The translations under genes and the position numbers were made by a program. A stretch of 62,398 bases of DNA, from the NCBI GenBank assembly GCA_021158225.1, contig JAGGUZ010000016.1, forward strand, positions 1 through 62,398, given 5' to 3'. Numbering within the stretch: position 1 is the stretch's first letter; the number at the start of each line of letters is the position of its first letter. This DNA is from a bacterium (GTDB taxonomy: Bacteria; Patescibacteriota; Gracilibacteria; UBA1369; PNNO01). The notes below the pieces were generated by a model. That model saw nothing but the letters and a program-made list of their open reading frames with translations, was not told the DNA's origin and made no database searches. Shown piece after piece: positions 30,459-40,746 of the stretch.

Positions 30459-30680
30459 ATGAACAAGAAAAAAATCACAAAAAATGCCAACATACGAGAA
30501 GTATTAGCAGAATATCCGCAACTTTTAGAGGTTTTTCTGGATCATGAAATTGCTTGTGCAACTTGTCATATGTCAGCTTTTGAAACAATAGAAGAAGGGG
30601 TTTCTTCACACGGTATAGATGTGGATAAATTCATTCAACTCTTGAACGACCATATTGAGTTTGTAAAAACAGAAGATTAA
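30459..30680 (+). CDS. DUF1858-like small CxxC protein
   Basis: I.EVL..YP...EVF..H...CATC..S.FETIEEG...HGID. Confidence 0.8.
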   Translation: MNKKKITKNANIREVLAEYPQLLEVFLDHEIACATCHMSAFETIEEGVSSHGIDVDKFIQLLNDHIEFVKTED

Positions 30681-30692
30681 CAGCTATTTGGT

Positions 30693-30720
30693 TTGACATA
30701 TTAGGCTTTTTTGCTATTAT
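30693..30720 (+). promoter_or_regulatory. sigma70 promoter of the RND operon
   Basis: TTGACA(30693-98)-16 bp-TATTAT(30715-20) with extended TG. Confidence 0.6.
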
Positions 30721-30761
30721 CTATTCTCAACGATTTATGACTTTTACTAACAAAATTTATC

Positions 30762-32717
30762 ATGAGTATAGATTCTCAAGATCAATATATTAGACCGCGA
30801 AGAGGATTATTACATCGTTTAATCAACATCCTTTTTGTTATAGGACTTGTTATTTTGGCATATTTTGCATACCAGTATTTCTTTTCCAACTCGTCAAATG
30901 ATAACGAGGATCCAAAATCTTCCACAAAGCAGGAAGAAACAGATATAAAACCACTTGAAGTTAAAACAATTGAAATAAAAAAAAGCCCTATTCCCAAAAC
31001 CAACTTTCAAAAGGTCGGGACTGTAACTCCGTATAAATTTGCAGTATTAACATCTCAGACAACCGGTATTTTAAAAGACTTCAAAGTTGAAGAAGGAGAT
31101 TCTGTTTTAAAAAATGAAAATTTGGTGTCTATAAGCGATTCAGTAAGTACAGAAATTGCTCAAATAAATTATGATAATGCTCTTAAAAATTTAGAAAATG
31201 CAAAAAAATCATATAAAAGTACAAACGATTCGGTACAGAAAGATGCCGATATAGCTACCATTGGAATTCAAAGCGCCAAATTAAATTACGATAATGCAGT
31301 AAAATCCTACGAAAATCTACAGAAATCTATTGAGGAACAAACAAGATCGGCAGAGATAGGTTTGCAATCTAAACAATTGGCTCTTCAAGCAGCCCAAGAA
31401 AATTATTTTAATACAGATACAACATCCAATATAAGTTTTAATAACATTCTTGATCAATCTCTTTCCGGAATAACTCCAGCTTTATCACTTATTGATAGCT
31501 CGACAGACTTGGTAAACAATTTAATTGCAACAAAATCCGTATGGGGAAAGGATCTTAAATTTTTAGAATTGGATAACTTACAAAACGACTCAGATGACAT
31601 CTTCAATAGATATCGCGATCTAAAAAACGAATATAACAATATCCAAGGTGATCGTAATTCAGATAGCACTCGAAATCTTATCTCCAGCACATTAAAACTC
31701 GTTGAGGATGCTAAGTATATTCTACAAGATGTTAAAGATATAATTGACAAAGCAGACTCAAATGAAACACTTATAACTCTTAATACAAGTACTAACGCTT
31801 TACTTGCCTCATTAGCGCAAAGTGAAAACGGATTATATGCGAGTAATCAAACGCTAGAATCAGCCCTTATTAACCGCCAATTACAACCGGAAGGAACAAT
31901 GACTAAAATTGAAATGGCACAAGAACAAGTAACAGCAGCCATACAACAATTAAATCAGCTTAAACAGACGGGAAAAGCGCAACTTGATAATGCTACTCAC
32001 GCAATAGATATCGCAAAAAAACAAGTTGATAGCGCAACCGAACAACACTCAAATATAATAGCTAAAGGATCACTTCAAAAAATCGGAGCGGACAATCAAG
32101 TTTCCGCAGTTGAAGGACAAGTGGCTATAGCAAAGACAAATCTTGAGAGCGCAACTTTAAAAGCTCCTTTTGATGGGACTGTGCTTGAGAAATTTCTTGA
32201 TGAAGGAAACTACGTAAATCCTTCGCAAAAGGTTTTATCTATTGGAGACCTGAAAAAAGTTTATATAACCGTGAATCTTACAACAGAAGAACTATCGTTT
32301 GTAAAACTTGGACAAGAAGTTGAGATAAACGCACCTGGCGGAATTGAAGAAAAAGGGAAAATTACAAAAGTTATACCAACGGTGGATCCTATAAGCAAAA
32401 AAATACATATAAAAATCCTAATCCCTAACAAAGGCGGTAATTTCATCTCGGGAATGTTCACGGACGTTATATTTAAAAACGCAAAAACAAGTACTGCTTC
32501 GAAAATATTAATCCCATTTAATAGCGTGCTATTCGAGCAAAACGATGCTTATGTTTATATTATAAAGGACGACAAGGCGTTAAAAACAAAAATAACATTG
32601 GGAAATCCATCAGGAACGGAAATCGAAGTTAAAGACGGACTATCTCAAGGTGACATAATAATTACGGATGGTGCAAAAACGGTTAAAGATGGAGATAACG
32701 TAAATACAAATGCATAA
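30762..32717 (+). CDS. RND efflux membrane-fusion (adaptor) protein with very long coiled coil
   Basis: N-terminal TM; lipoyl halves VEEGDSV and LKAPFDGTV..EGNYV; IPTVDP, GMF, EVKDGLSQGDIII..G. Confidence 0.88.
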   Translation: MSIDSQDQYIRPRRGLLHRLINILFVIGLVILAYFAYQYFFSNSSNDNEDPKSSTKQEETDIKPLEVKTIEIKKSPIPKTNFQKVGTVTPYKFAVLTSQTTGILKDFKVEEGDSVLKNENLVSISDSVSTEIAQINYDNALKNLENAKKSYKSTNDSVQKDADIATIGIQSAKLNYDNAVKSYENLQKSIEEQTRSAEIGLQSKQLALQAAQENYFNTDTTSNISFNNILDQSLSGITPALSLIDSSTDLVNNLIATKSVWGKDLKFLELDNLQNDSDDIFNRYRDLKNEYNNIQGDRNSDSTRNLISSTLKLVEDAKYILQDVKDIIDKADSNETLITLNTSTNALLASLAQSENGLYASNQTLESALINRQLQPEGTMTKIEMAQEQVTAAIQQLNQLKQTGKAQLDNATHAIDIAKKQVDSATEQHSNIIAKGSLQKIGADNQVSAVEGQVAIAKTNLESATLKAPFDGTVLEKFLDEGNYVNPSQKVLSIGDLKKVYITVNLTTEELSFVKLGQEVEINAPGGIEEKGKITKVIPTVDPISKKIHIKILIPNKGGNFISGMFTDVIFKNAKTSTASKILIPFNSVLFEQNDAYVYIIKDDKALKTKITLGNPSGTEIEVKDGLSQGDIIITDGAKTVKDGDNVNTNA

Positions 32718-35700
32718 CTATAGTAAAGAAGAAATACAGCAGATTAAAACCTCTCCATGGAATTTCTTCATAAATCATGCAAGAGTAACAACCCTTATTA
32801 TTGTCATAATCTTAATATGGGGACTTTCCGCATTATTTAATCTACCAAGAGAACTCCAACCAGAAGTTGATTTACCTTTTGCGTCAATTGTAACGGTTTA
32901 TCCAGGAGCCAACCCATCCGATATAGAGTTACTCGTAACAGACGAAATAGAATCTGCTGTAAAGAATGTTGACGATATAGATACAATAAATTCGACCTCA
33001 CAAGCGGGAGTATCGGCAATAACTATTCAATTTGAATCCGGAACAGATTTAGATACAGCAATAAATGATCTTAGATCCGCAGTTGATACGGCCAATTTAC
33101 CTGAAGATTCAAAGACCCCAAAAATCTCATCATTCTCATCAAATCAACAATCGGTAATTACATTTTCATTATTAAGCAACCTTTCGCAAAGCAAAATCAA
33201 AGATATATCCGAAAAAGTTAAAGACGAATTAAAAAAAGTAAACGGTGTATCCGAAGTAGTAATTATCGGATCACAAGATAAAGAAGTCGAAGTAGATCTG
33301 AAAAAAGAATTACTCGAAAAATATGGACTGACAATAACAGACATTGTTAATGCAATAAAATTTTCAAACATAAATTTCCCAATCGGGGAAATTAAAAATG
33401 ACGGCTATATTTACGGAATAAGAATTGATGCAAAAATAACCGATGCAAACCAGCTATCTAAAATCCCTATTAAACAACTTTCTAAAAAAGATGGAATAAA
33501 TAATTCTATTCTTCTTAAAGATGTTGCGATTATAAAAGAAAAACTTACAGATAAATCCACAATCGCCAGAATCGGTATACAAAAAGATGGGGTAATAAAA
33601 AATTCCATATCGTTACAAATCTACAAAAAAAAGGGTGGTAATATCGTAAAAGTTGCAGAAGATACAAAGAAGAAAATAAACGATATCAAAGACACGATAA
33701 TCCCTAAGAACGTAGAAGTTCATGTAAGCAACGATAATTCAGTATTCATACAAGACGACCTGCAAACCATGGGAAAAAACGGAGTAACAACGGTTATACT
33801 TATAATGGTCCTGCTGTTTGTTTTCCTTGGATGGAAAGAAGCGATTATCGCAGGCATGAGTATCCCTTTTGCAATGCTTATTACTTTTGGAGTGCTATAT
33901 ATTACGGGTGAATCTCTTAATGGAATAGCTCTGTTTTCTCTAGTATTTGCATTAGGACTTTTAATAGACAATGCAATTATTATTATAGAAGGAATTTATG
34001 AGAATTTAAGAGATGGGAAATATACTTCTTACGGAGCGACAATACTCGGTATACGTGAATTTAAATGGCCTATTATCGCCGGCACATTAACAACTGTTTT
34101 TGCCTTTCTGCCAATGCTCACGATAAGCGGAATAATGGGCGATTTTATGAAAGTTATACCAATTACAGTTACCGTTTTATTACTGGCATCACTATTTGTA
34201 AATCTCTCCATTACCCCGATGTTATCTGCAAAATATTTAAAAGCGGGAAAACAAAAAAACTTATTTTTACCGTTACAGAAATGGTACAAAAAATTCATTA
34301 CCGAAATAATTAATTCACGAAGTAAGAAAATTTTAACGATTATTATAATGAGCGCAGTAATGCTCGTTAGTTTTTCACTACCATTGACAGGAGTATTAAG
34401 AACCGAAGCATTTCCTGTAAGTGATTTTGATTATTTCTTTATTGATATAGAAACTCCACCTGGAACCGTTTTGCCCACTACTGAAAAAATCGTAACAAAA
34501 ATTGAGAACATCCTTTTAAAAACTCATGAAATCAAAGATTTCACAACAAATATTGGAACAAATGCAGGTGGTGCACTTAGAAGTTCTTTTGCGACAGCAA
34601 CAACAAGAAAAAATACTGAGAATATAGCAAATATAACAGCAAATCTCGTCGATGCATCGAATAGAAACAAGAAAAGCTATGAACTTGCAGATGAAATACG
34701 TGAAAAAATCAAAAAAATACAAGGAGCAACAATCACAGTTACAGATCTGAAAGGTGGACCACCAAGCGGAGCCCCAGTATTTATTAAACTAACCGGACCG
34801 AATCTAAATAAGCTTGAAGAACTTTCCGAGAAAATAAAACAAATGTTAAAAAATATTAAAGGAACAACTGATGTAGACACATCAATTACACAAGGAGCCG
34901 GAGAATTTAAGATACTACTCGATAGGACCAAATTGAGTTTTTACGGACTTTCCGCAGGTCAAGTCGGAAATATCTTAAGAGGTGCTATTGAAGGAACAAA
35001 AGCAACGGAAATCAGAAAAAACAGTGATGATATAGATGTGATAGTTAAATATAATTTAAACAAAACGAAGGGAAACGAAGTTAGCTTGGATGAATTAAAA
35101 GATATATTTGTTAACTCCCCCATTGCAGGTCCAATACCGATTAGCAATCTGGTTAAGATTGATTTTTCGCAAAATCTAACAAGTATAAAACATATAGATA
35201 CAAAAAGAACCATATATATATCAAGCTATACAAAAGACAGGACAGCAAGCCAAATCATCAATGATTTCACACTTAAAATTAACAAAAGTCCACTCCCTCA
35301 AGGTTATGATATCAGTTATGGAGGTGAGATAGAGGAGATAACTCAATCGTTTAAAGACCTCGGGGCATCACTCCTTGTAGGAATTATATTAATAGCAATT
35401 CTACTTGTATTACAATTTAAATCTTACAAACAACCTTTTATTATATTACTCTCACTTCCGTTTGCATTAACCGGAGTTTTCTTCGGCCTTGCAATAATAA
35501 ATATTTCACTATCAATCCCCTCTGTAATAGGGATTGTAGGACTTGCAGGTGTAGTTGTTAACGATGCGATAGTCCTTATAGATCAAATGAACAATAATAG
35601 ACGCAGAGGAATGAAATTTAAAACAGCTATTATAGAAGGAGCGACTTCCAGGTTACAGCCTGTATTTTTAACAACAGCCACATCAATATTCGGAATTCTA

Positions 35701-35874
35701 CCATTGGCGCTTACTGATGAAATATGGGGAAGCCTTGGCTTCGCCTTTATATTCGGCTTGACTACCCAATATTTTCTTGTACTTCTATTTGATCCTATTC
35801 TTTACTCAATGATGAGTAAAAATGAAGATGTATCTGGTAAAAAAGAAATTTACAGTTCTACCAACACTGTCTAA
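32710..35874 (+). CDS. AcrB/AcrD/AcrF-family RND permease
   Basis: YPGANP..IE, GLLIDNAIIIIE, TLTTVFAFLPM, GVVVNDAIVLID, RLQPVFLT; two TM blocks. Confidence 0.92.
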   Translation: MHNYSKEEIQQIKTSPWNFFINHARVTTLIIVIILIWGLSALFNLPRELQPEVDLPFASIVTVYPGANPSDIELLVTDEIESAVKNVDDIDTINSTSQAGVSAITIQFESGTDLDTAINDLRSAVDTANLPEDSKTPKISSFSSNQQSVITFSLLSNLSQSKIKDISEKVKDELKKVNGVSEVVIIGSQDKEVEVDLKKELLEKYGLTITDIVNAIKFSNINFPIGEIKNDGYIYGIRIDAKITDANQLSKIPIKQLSKKDGINNSILLKDVAIIKEKLTDKSTIARIGIQKDGVIKNSISLQIYKKKGGNIVKVAEDTKKKINDIKDTIIPKNVEVHVSNDNSVFIQDDLQTMGKNGVTTVILIMVLLFVFLGWKEAIIAGMSIPFAMLITFGVLYITGESLNGIALFSLVFALGLLIDNAIIIIEGIYENLRDGKYTSYGATILGIREFKWPIIAGTLTTVFAFLPMLTISGIMGDFMKVIPITVTVLLLASLFVNLSITPMLSAKYLKAGKQKNLFLPLQKWYKKFITEIINSRSKKILTIIIMSAVMLVSFSLPLTGVLRTEAFPVSDFDYFFIDIETPPGTVLPTTEKIVTKIENILLKTHEIKDFTTNIGTNAGGALRSSFATATTRKNTENIANITANLVDASNRNKKSYELADEIREKIKKIQGATITVTDLKGGPPSGAPVFIKLTGPNLNKLEELSEKIKQMLKNIKGTTDVDTSITQGAGEFKILLDRTKLSFYGLSAGQVGNILRGAIEGTKATEIRKNSDDIDVIVKYNLNKTKGNEVSLDELKDIFVNSPIAGPIPISNLVKIDFSQNLTSIKHIDTKRTIYISSYTKDRTASQIINDFTLKINKSPLPQGYDISYGGEIEEITQSFKDLGASLLVGIILIAILLVLQFKSYKQPFIILLSLPFALTGVFFGLAIINISLSIPSVIGIVGLAGVVVNDAIVLIDQMNNNRRRGMKFKTAIIEGATSRLQPVFLTTATSIFGILPLALTDEIWGSLGFAFIFGLTTQYFLVLLFDPILYSMMSKNEDVSGKKEIYSSTNTV

Positions 35875-37378
35875 CAGTATATTTTAAAGTACTTTCTCCA
35901 TCCGCTTCAATAGGAACCATGAAATTATAAGTATATTCATCATCTTTTTCGCTTTCATAATTTGCCTTTGAAATTGATACCGACTGTCCCCAATAATGCT
36001 CTACCACTTTAACCGTAACAGCTTCTTTTTTATGATTTTTAAGCTTAACCTCTATATTTTGAGAACTGCATCTACCACCAATATTAAGTAAGTTTCCCGC
36101 ACTACTCGATTCTTGGACTGTTCTTTTTGCTGTAATATCAAAAGCATTACCAAGAAAAATATCTATATCTTCATCCTTAGGAGTATGATCAATTTCATCT
36201 TCTCCAATAAACTGTAAATGTTCCTGTGAATCTTGTTTATAAACCCTTATTACACCCTTTGGCAATGGAATTCCCAAACCTTTATCTTTGCTGTTCTTGG
36301 TTCCAAGCATAACTCTTACCTTATCAGATGATTTGTTTGTATCATAAACAAATTCTTTTTTTACAGATACATTTTTTGCATTAATAAGAGATATTTGTTT
36401 CTGCTCATTATCTTTTAAATTCGTTTTTCTTCCAAGACTATACAAATGATATTCAAAAAACGACTCTTCGGAAAACCCATCTGGCTTTGCTTCAACCATC
36501 GTCACGGGAGCCATATATTTGTCATAATTCATCCTTTTTGGCTGAGGATTAACAATATGCACATCTCCAGCAACCAATTTTAAAGTTGCATTCGGATAAG
36601 AAGTCCCTGAAGTATTGTTAATCGTCGTCCAACCTTTTAAGTCAACCGAATTATCATCTGCATTTACATAAGCCACATAATCGGCTTTCCATGTTAATCC
36701 TCCAGTAAGATATGTTGTTAAGATATCCCTTTTTCCTGCACTTGAAGCAAACACACTCCAAATAAGAGTAGGTTTTGTTATAAGACCTTCCGGCAATCGC
36801 GGAAACTCGATACTTTGAACATCTTTTACACTTACAACTCCATTCCCGGTATCAAGCATAATTCCATCCAGATAGCTTAGAAGCTTACCTTTATACTCTT
36901 TTACGCCATTTTCCATATTAGAAAAAACTTTAATTTCATCATTCAAATATTTTTCCAAAAGTTTCTGCTGAGAAACCAAATCATACTCATAAGTCTGCTC
37001 AAGAACCTCCGTGTCGTCATTCTGAGTATCTGTAAAAATTACTGATGCAGGCTTTATCTGGCTTGGGACATCTTGATATTTAACTTCATTGTAACCTTTG
37101 GCAAGATCGAGCTCTCTCCCCTCTTTTATAAGTGCCAAATTCTGATTATAAACTGTAACATACGACTCGTTAACAAGATTAGATTGAGTGTCCGCAGCCA
37201 TAAGACCAATAAATTCTTCCGGTTTTTCGCTACTTAATATTTTGTCATGCTTAATAACTCCGTCCAAATTTTTAGAAACCGCTTGCGGTCTTGCAAAGAC
37301 TAAAACGAAAATTGCGATTGAAGCAAGTATTGCCACAAGCGAAAAAATCTTTAAACTAATACTTGTTGTTTTTTTCAT
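35858..37378 (-). CDS. DUF4139-family exported protein
   Basis: N-terminal TM; VTVYNQNLALIKE.R, YEYDL, YLTGGLTWKADY, LKLVAGDV, FEYHLY, GIPLPKG.IRVY, FIGED.IDHTP. Confidence 0.8.
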   Translation of the reverse strand: MKKTTSISLKIFSLVAILASIAIFVLVFARPQAVSKNLDGVIKHDKILSSEKPEEFIGLMAADTQSNLVNESYVTVYNQNLALIKEGRELDLAKGYNEVKYQDVPSQIKPASVIFTDTQNDDTEVLEQTYEYDLVSQQKLLEKYLNDEIKVFSNMENGVKEYKGKLLSYLDGIMLDTGNGVVSVKDVQSIEFPRLPEGLITKPTLIWSVFASSAGKRDILTTYLTGGLTWKADYVAYVNADDNSVDLKGWTTINNTSGTSYPNATLKLVAGDVHIVNPQPKRMNYDKYMAPVTMVEAKPDGFSEESFFEYHLYSLGRKTNLKDNEQKQISLINAKNVSVKKEFVYDTNKSSDKVRVMLGTKNSKDKGLGIPLPKGVIRVYKQDSQEHLQFIGEDEIDHTPKDEDIDIFLGNAFDITAKRTVQESSSAGNLLNIGGRCSSQNIEVKLKNHKKEAVTVKVVEHYWGQSVSISKANYESEKDDEYTYNFMVPIEADGESTLKYTVRQCW

Positions 37379-37545
37379 AAAAATAAAAGTTAAAATATAA
37401 TTATATTTTATATCAGATTAAGCTCTACTTCACAAATAACAATTATATGGTTACAATCAAAGGCGATTGTTGGAAAGTTTCTTTACAAGATAAGCGCGAA
37501 CTAGTGTAAGCAAGGCGAACCTCCTTAGTGACACAATAAAACCCT

Positions 37546-39513
37546 ATGAATAATACATACGCCCAAATTTGTCTTAAAAGAAGGATGCCTCAAAATCTCC
37601 AGACTTTAACTTATGAAATTCCTGATAAATTAAAAGAATCTTTAAAAATCGGAAGTTATGTTAATGTTCCGCTTCGAGGAAAAGCTTCGGAAGGAATTGT
37701 CTTGAGAAAAACAGAAGAAATTCCAAAGCACAACACAAAACAAATATCCAAGTTAATTTACGAAAATCCAATTTTGCAAACATGGCATATTAATCTGGCC
37801 AAATGGATGTCGGATTATTACATGGCTCCTATCCAAAAAACTATTTCACTTTTTTTACCTCCAAAATTTTATAAATCAGATCTATTAAAAGATGAAAAGA
37901 AAGTAGAGCTTTTTAAAAAGCACAAGTTAACCGATTCCCAACAAGAAGCTTTAGATAAAATAATTAACTCGGATAAAAAAACGACACTAATTCATGGAGT
38001 AACCGGCTCAGGGAAGACAGAAGTTTATCTTCATCTTGTAGAAAAATCGATGCAAAAAGGTAAGCAAAGTATAATCGTTGTACCGGAAATTTCACTTACT
38101 CCTCAAACTGTCCAATATTTTCAAAGAATTTTTGGAGATAAAGTTGCAATATTGCACAGTCGATTAACAGAGAAACAAAAATCTCTTGAATGGTTGAAAA
38201 TTTATATTAAAAAAACTCCGATTGTTATTGGACCGAGATCTGCTTTATTTGCACCGGTAAGTAATTTGGATTTAATTATTCTTGATGAAGAACACGAATT
38301 CTCTTATAAACAAGAACAATCTCCCAGATATCACACAAGAACGGTAGCCGAAAAAATAACAGAGCTAACAGGTTGCAAACTTGTACTTGGAAGCGCTACT
38401 CCTTCCATTTCTAGTTACCAAAAAACAGTTGATGGTGAGTATAATTTAGTTGAACTTCCGCAACGAATTGGGAATGTTCCACTTCCCCCTGTTGAAATAA
38501 TTGATCTTCGAGAAGAATTTAAAAAGCAAAACTATTCAATTTTAAGTGACAGATTACAGAAAGAACTCACGAATACTCTCGCACAAAAGAAACAAGCTAT
38601 ATTATTTTTAAATAAACGTGGATCTGCATCCGCAATTGTTTGCCGAGAATGTGGTTATAGCGAAAAATGTGAAGCCTGCGACGTTCCCATGACTTATCAT
38701 AAAACACTTCCTCAACAAAATTCATTCAGACCATCTCTTATTTGTCATCATTGTGGAGCAATTAAAAATATTCCACTCGAGTGTCCAAATTGTAAAAGTC
38801 ATTCAATAAAATATATTGGAGCCGGCACACAAAAAGTTGAAGAAGAAGTTAGGATGCTCTTCCCCGAAGCAAGAGTAGCAAGAGTTGATAGAGATACAGT
38901 CGCAAAAAGAGGATCTTTTGACGAAATTTATAATAAATTAAAAAATGAAGAGCTCGATATTCTTATCGGCACACAAATGATTGGGAAAGGACTACATTTT
39001 CCCAAAGTAAATCTTGTAGGAGTTATTCTAGCAGATATAGGACTTCATTTCCCTGATTTCAGAAGCTCGGAAAGAACATTCCAACTGCTCACTCAAGTAG
39101 CTGGACGAGCTGGTAGAATGGGACAAACAAGCAATGTGATTATCCAAACTTATATGCCGGATAATTACGCAATAATGTATGCAAAGTCGCACGATTACAA
39201 AAGCTTATTCAAACATGAAATTGATCAACGAAAAACATTCAATTATCCACCATTTTCAAAACTTTTAAAGTTAACTTTTGTTGACTTAAGTGCCAAGAAA
39301 GCACTTTTATCCGCACAGAAAGTCCACGAAATAATTAAAGAAAAAAACGATGGCTCAAATATAATAAATATGTATCCGGCTATTATTTTTAAACTTCACA
39401 ATAAATTCCGTTGGCATATTTTGATACAAGGGAAAAACCCTAAGTCTTTAATAGAAGACATAGACCTTCCAGAAAACTGCAGAGTGGATATCGACCCAAT
39501 TTCTACAGGCTAA
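37546..39513 (+). CDS. priA: Primosomal protein N' (replication restart helicase)
   Basis: GVTGSGKTEVY, VPEISLTPQ, DEEHE, GSATPS, four CxxC, GTQMIGKG, QVAGRAGR, VDIDP. Confidence 0.96.
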   Translation: MNNTYAQICLKRRMPQNLQTLTYEIPDKLKESLKIGSYVNVPLRGKASEGIVLRKTEEIPKHNTKQISKLIYENPILQTWHINLAKWMSDYYMAPIQKTISLFLPPKFYKSDLLKDEKKVELFKKHKLTDSQQEALDKIINSDKKTTLIHGVTGSGKTEVYLHLVEKSMQKGKQSIIVVPEISLTPQTVQYFQRIFGDKVAILHSRLTEKQKSLEWLKIYIKKTPIVIGPRSALFAPVSNLDLIILDEEHEFSYKQEQSPRYHTRTVAEKITELTGCKLVLGSATPSISSYQKTVDGEYNLVELPQRIGNVPLPPVEIIDLREEFKKQNYSILSDRLQKELTNTLAQKKQAILFLNKRGSASAIVCRECGYSEKCEACDVPMTYHKTLPQQNSFRPSLICHHCGAIKNIPLECPNCKSHSIKYIGAGTQKVEEEVRMLFPEARVARVDRDTVAKRGSFDEIYNKLKNEELDILIGTQMIGKGLHFPKVNLVGVILADIGLHFPDFRSSERTFQLLTQVAGRAGRMGQTSNVIIQTYMPDNYAIMYAKSHDYKSLFKHEIDQRKTFNYPPFSKLLKLTFVDLSAKKALLSAQKVHEIIKEKNDGSNIINMYPAIIFKLHNKFRWHILIQGKNPKSLIEDIDLPENCRVDIDPISTG

Positions 39514-39759
39514 TTATTTAACTTTTGATAATTTTTCTGGTATTTTTTATATTAGCTTTTCTTGATACTTTCTTCACATCTTGTGATGCAAGCAGTCTTC
39601 CATTCATATTATTTTCATTATTGAATAAACGATTATTTAATTTCGCCACAATCTCGCTTTCCTGACAATTAGCTTACCTTTCAACCATATTAATAATTAC
39701 TGGAACTCAGTATTTCTTTCTAGTATACTCACATATAGAATTGAGTAACCGATTTTCAA

Positions 39760-40740
39760 ATGAAACGAATTCTTTCAGGAGTACAGCCAAGTGGAAATCC
39801 ACATTTGGGAAATTATTTTGGTGCGATGAAACATCACATCGAGATGCAAGATCAATATGAAAGCTATATTTTTATTGCGGATTATCACGCACTTACCACG
39901 GTTAGGGATCCGGAAAAGATGAAAACTTCAACACTTCATCTTGTTCTTGATTATCTTGCCTTGGGGCTTGATCCGGAGAAAACAGTTTTTTTTAGACAAA
40001 GCGATGTTTATGAACATACTCAATTAATGTGGATTTTGGATTGCATAACCCCACATGGGTTTCTTGAACGTGCACACGCATGGAAAGACGCTCTTGCAAA
40101 AGGGAAAAAAGAACCGACCGCAGGCCTTTTTGGTTATCCGGTTTTAATGGCGGCAGATATATTACTATATAGTCCGGATCTCGTCCCAGTTGGAAAAGAC
40201 CAAAAACAACATGTTGAAATCGCAAGAGATATTGCCGGTAAATTCAACAATACTTTTGAAGAAGTTTTTAAATTACCGGAACCTTATATCCCGGAAAGTT
40301 CAGCTTTAATAAAAGGTACCGACGGACAAAAAATGAGTAAAAGTTACGGAAATGTTATAGAAATTTTTGCCGACGAGAAGAAACTTAGAAAACAAATTAT
40401 GAGTATACAAACCAATTCAACCGCACTGGAAGATCCAAAAGATCCAAGTACATGTAATGTATTCTATTTATACTCTATGTTTGCAAACAAGCAAGAAATT
40501 GATGACTTGAGAAACAAATATAAAACCGGTGGATACGGATACGGCTCAGCAAAAAAACTATTATTGGAAAAAATAATTGAATTTTTCAAACCATATCGTA
40601 AAAAAAGAATTGAACTCGCAAACAATTTGGACTACATTGATAAAGTATTAAAAGACGGAGCACGAAAAGCCAGAGAAAAATCCGAGAAAATGATGGAAAA
40701 AGTACGAAAAGCAGTAGGATACGTCAATAATTTTGCTTAA
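39760..40740 (+). CDS. trpS: Tryptophan--tRNA ligase
   Basis: SGVQPSG.PHLGNY, YPVLMAADIL, VGKDQKQH, KMSKS. Confidence 0.96.
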   Translation: MKRILSGVQPSGNPHLGNYFGAMKHHIEMQDQYESYIFIADYHALTTVRDPEKMKTSTLHLVLDYLALGLDPEKTVFFRQSDVYEHTQLMWILDCITPHGFLERAHAWKDALAKGKKEPTAGLFGYPVLMAADILLYSPDLVPVGKDQKQHVEIARDIAGKFNNTFEEVFKLPEPYIPESSALIKGTDGQKMSKSYGNVIEIFADEKKLRKQIMSIQTNSTALEDPKDPSTCNVFYLYSMFANKQEIDDLRNKYKTGGYGYGSAKKLLLEKIIEFFKPYRKKRIELANNLDYIDKVLKDGARKAREKSEKMMEKVRKAVGYVNNFA

Positions 40741-40746
40741 ATTTAT

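Noticed and set aside
39518-39688. Minus-strand frame MVER*ANCQESEIVAKL..KIIKS with an early TAA (pseudogene or readthrough?)
   Set aside because: Only 57 codons, AT-rich and with no recognisable homology; compatible with chance.
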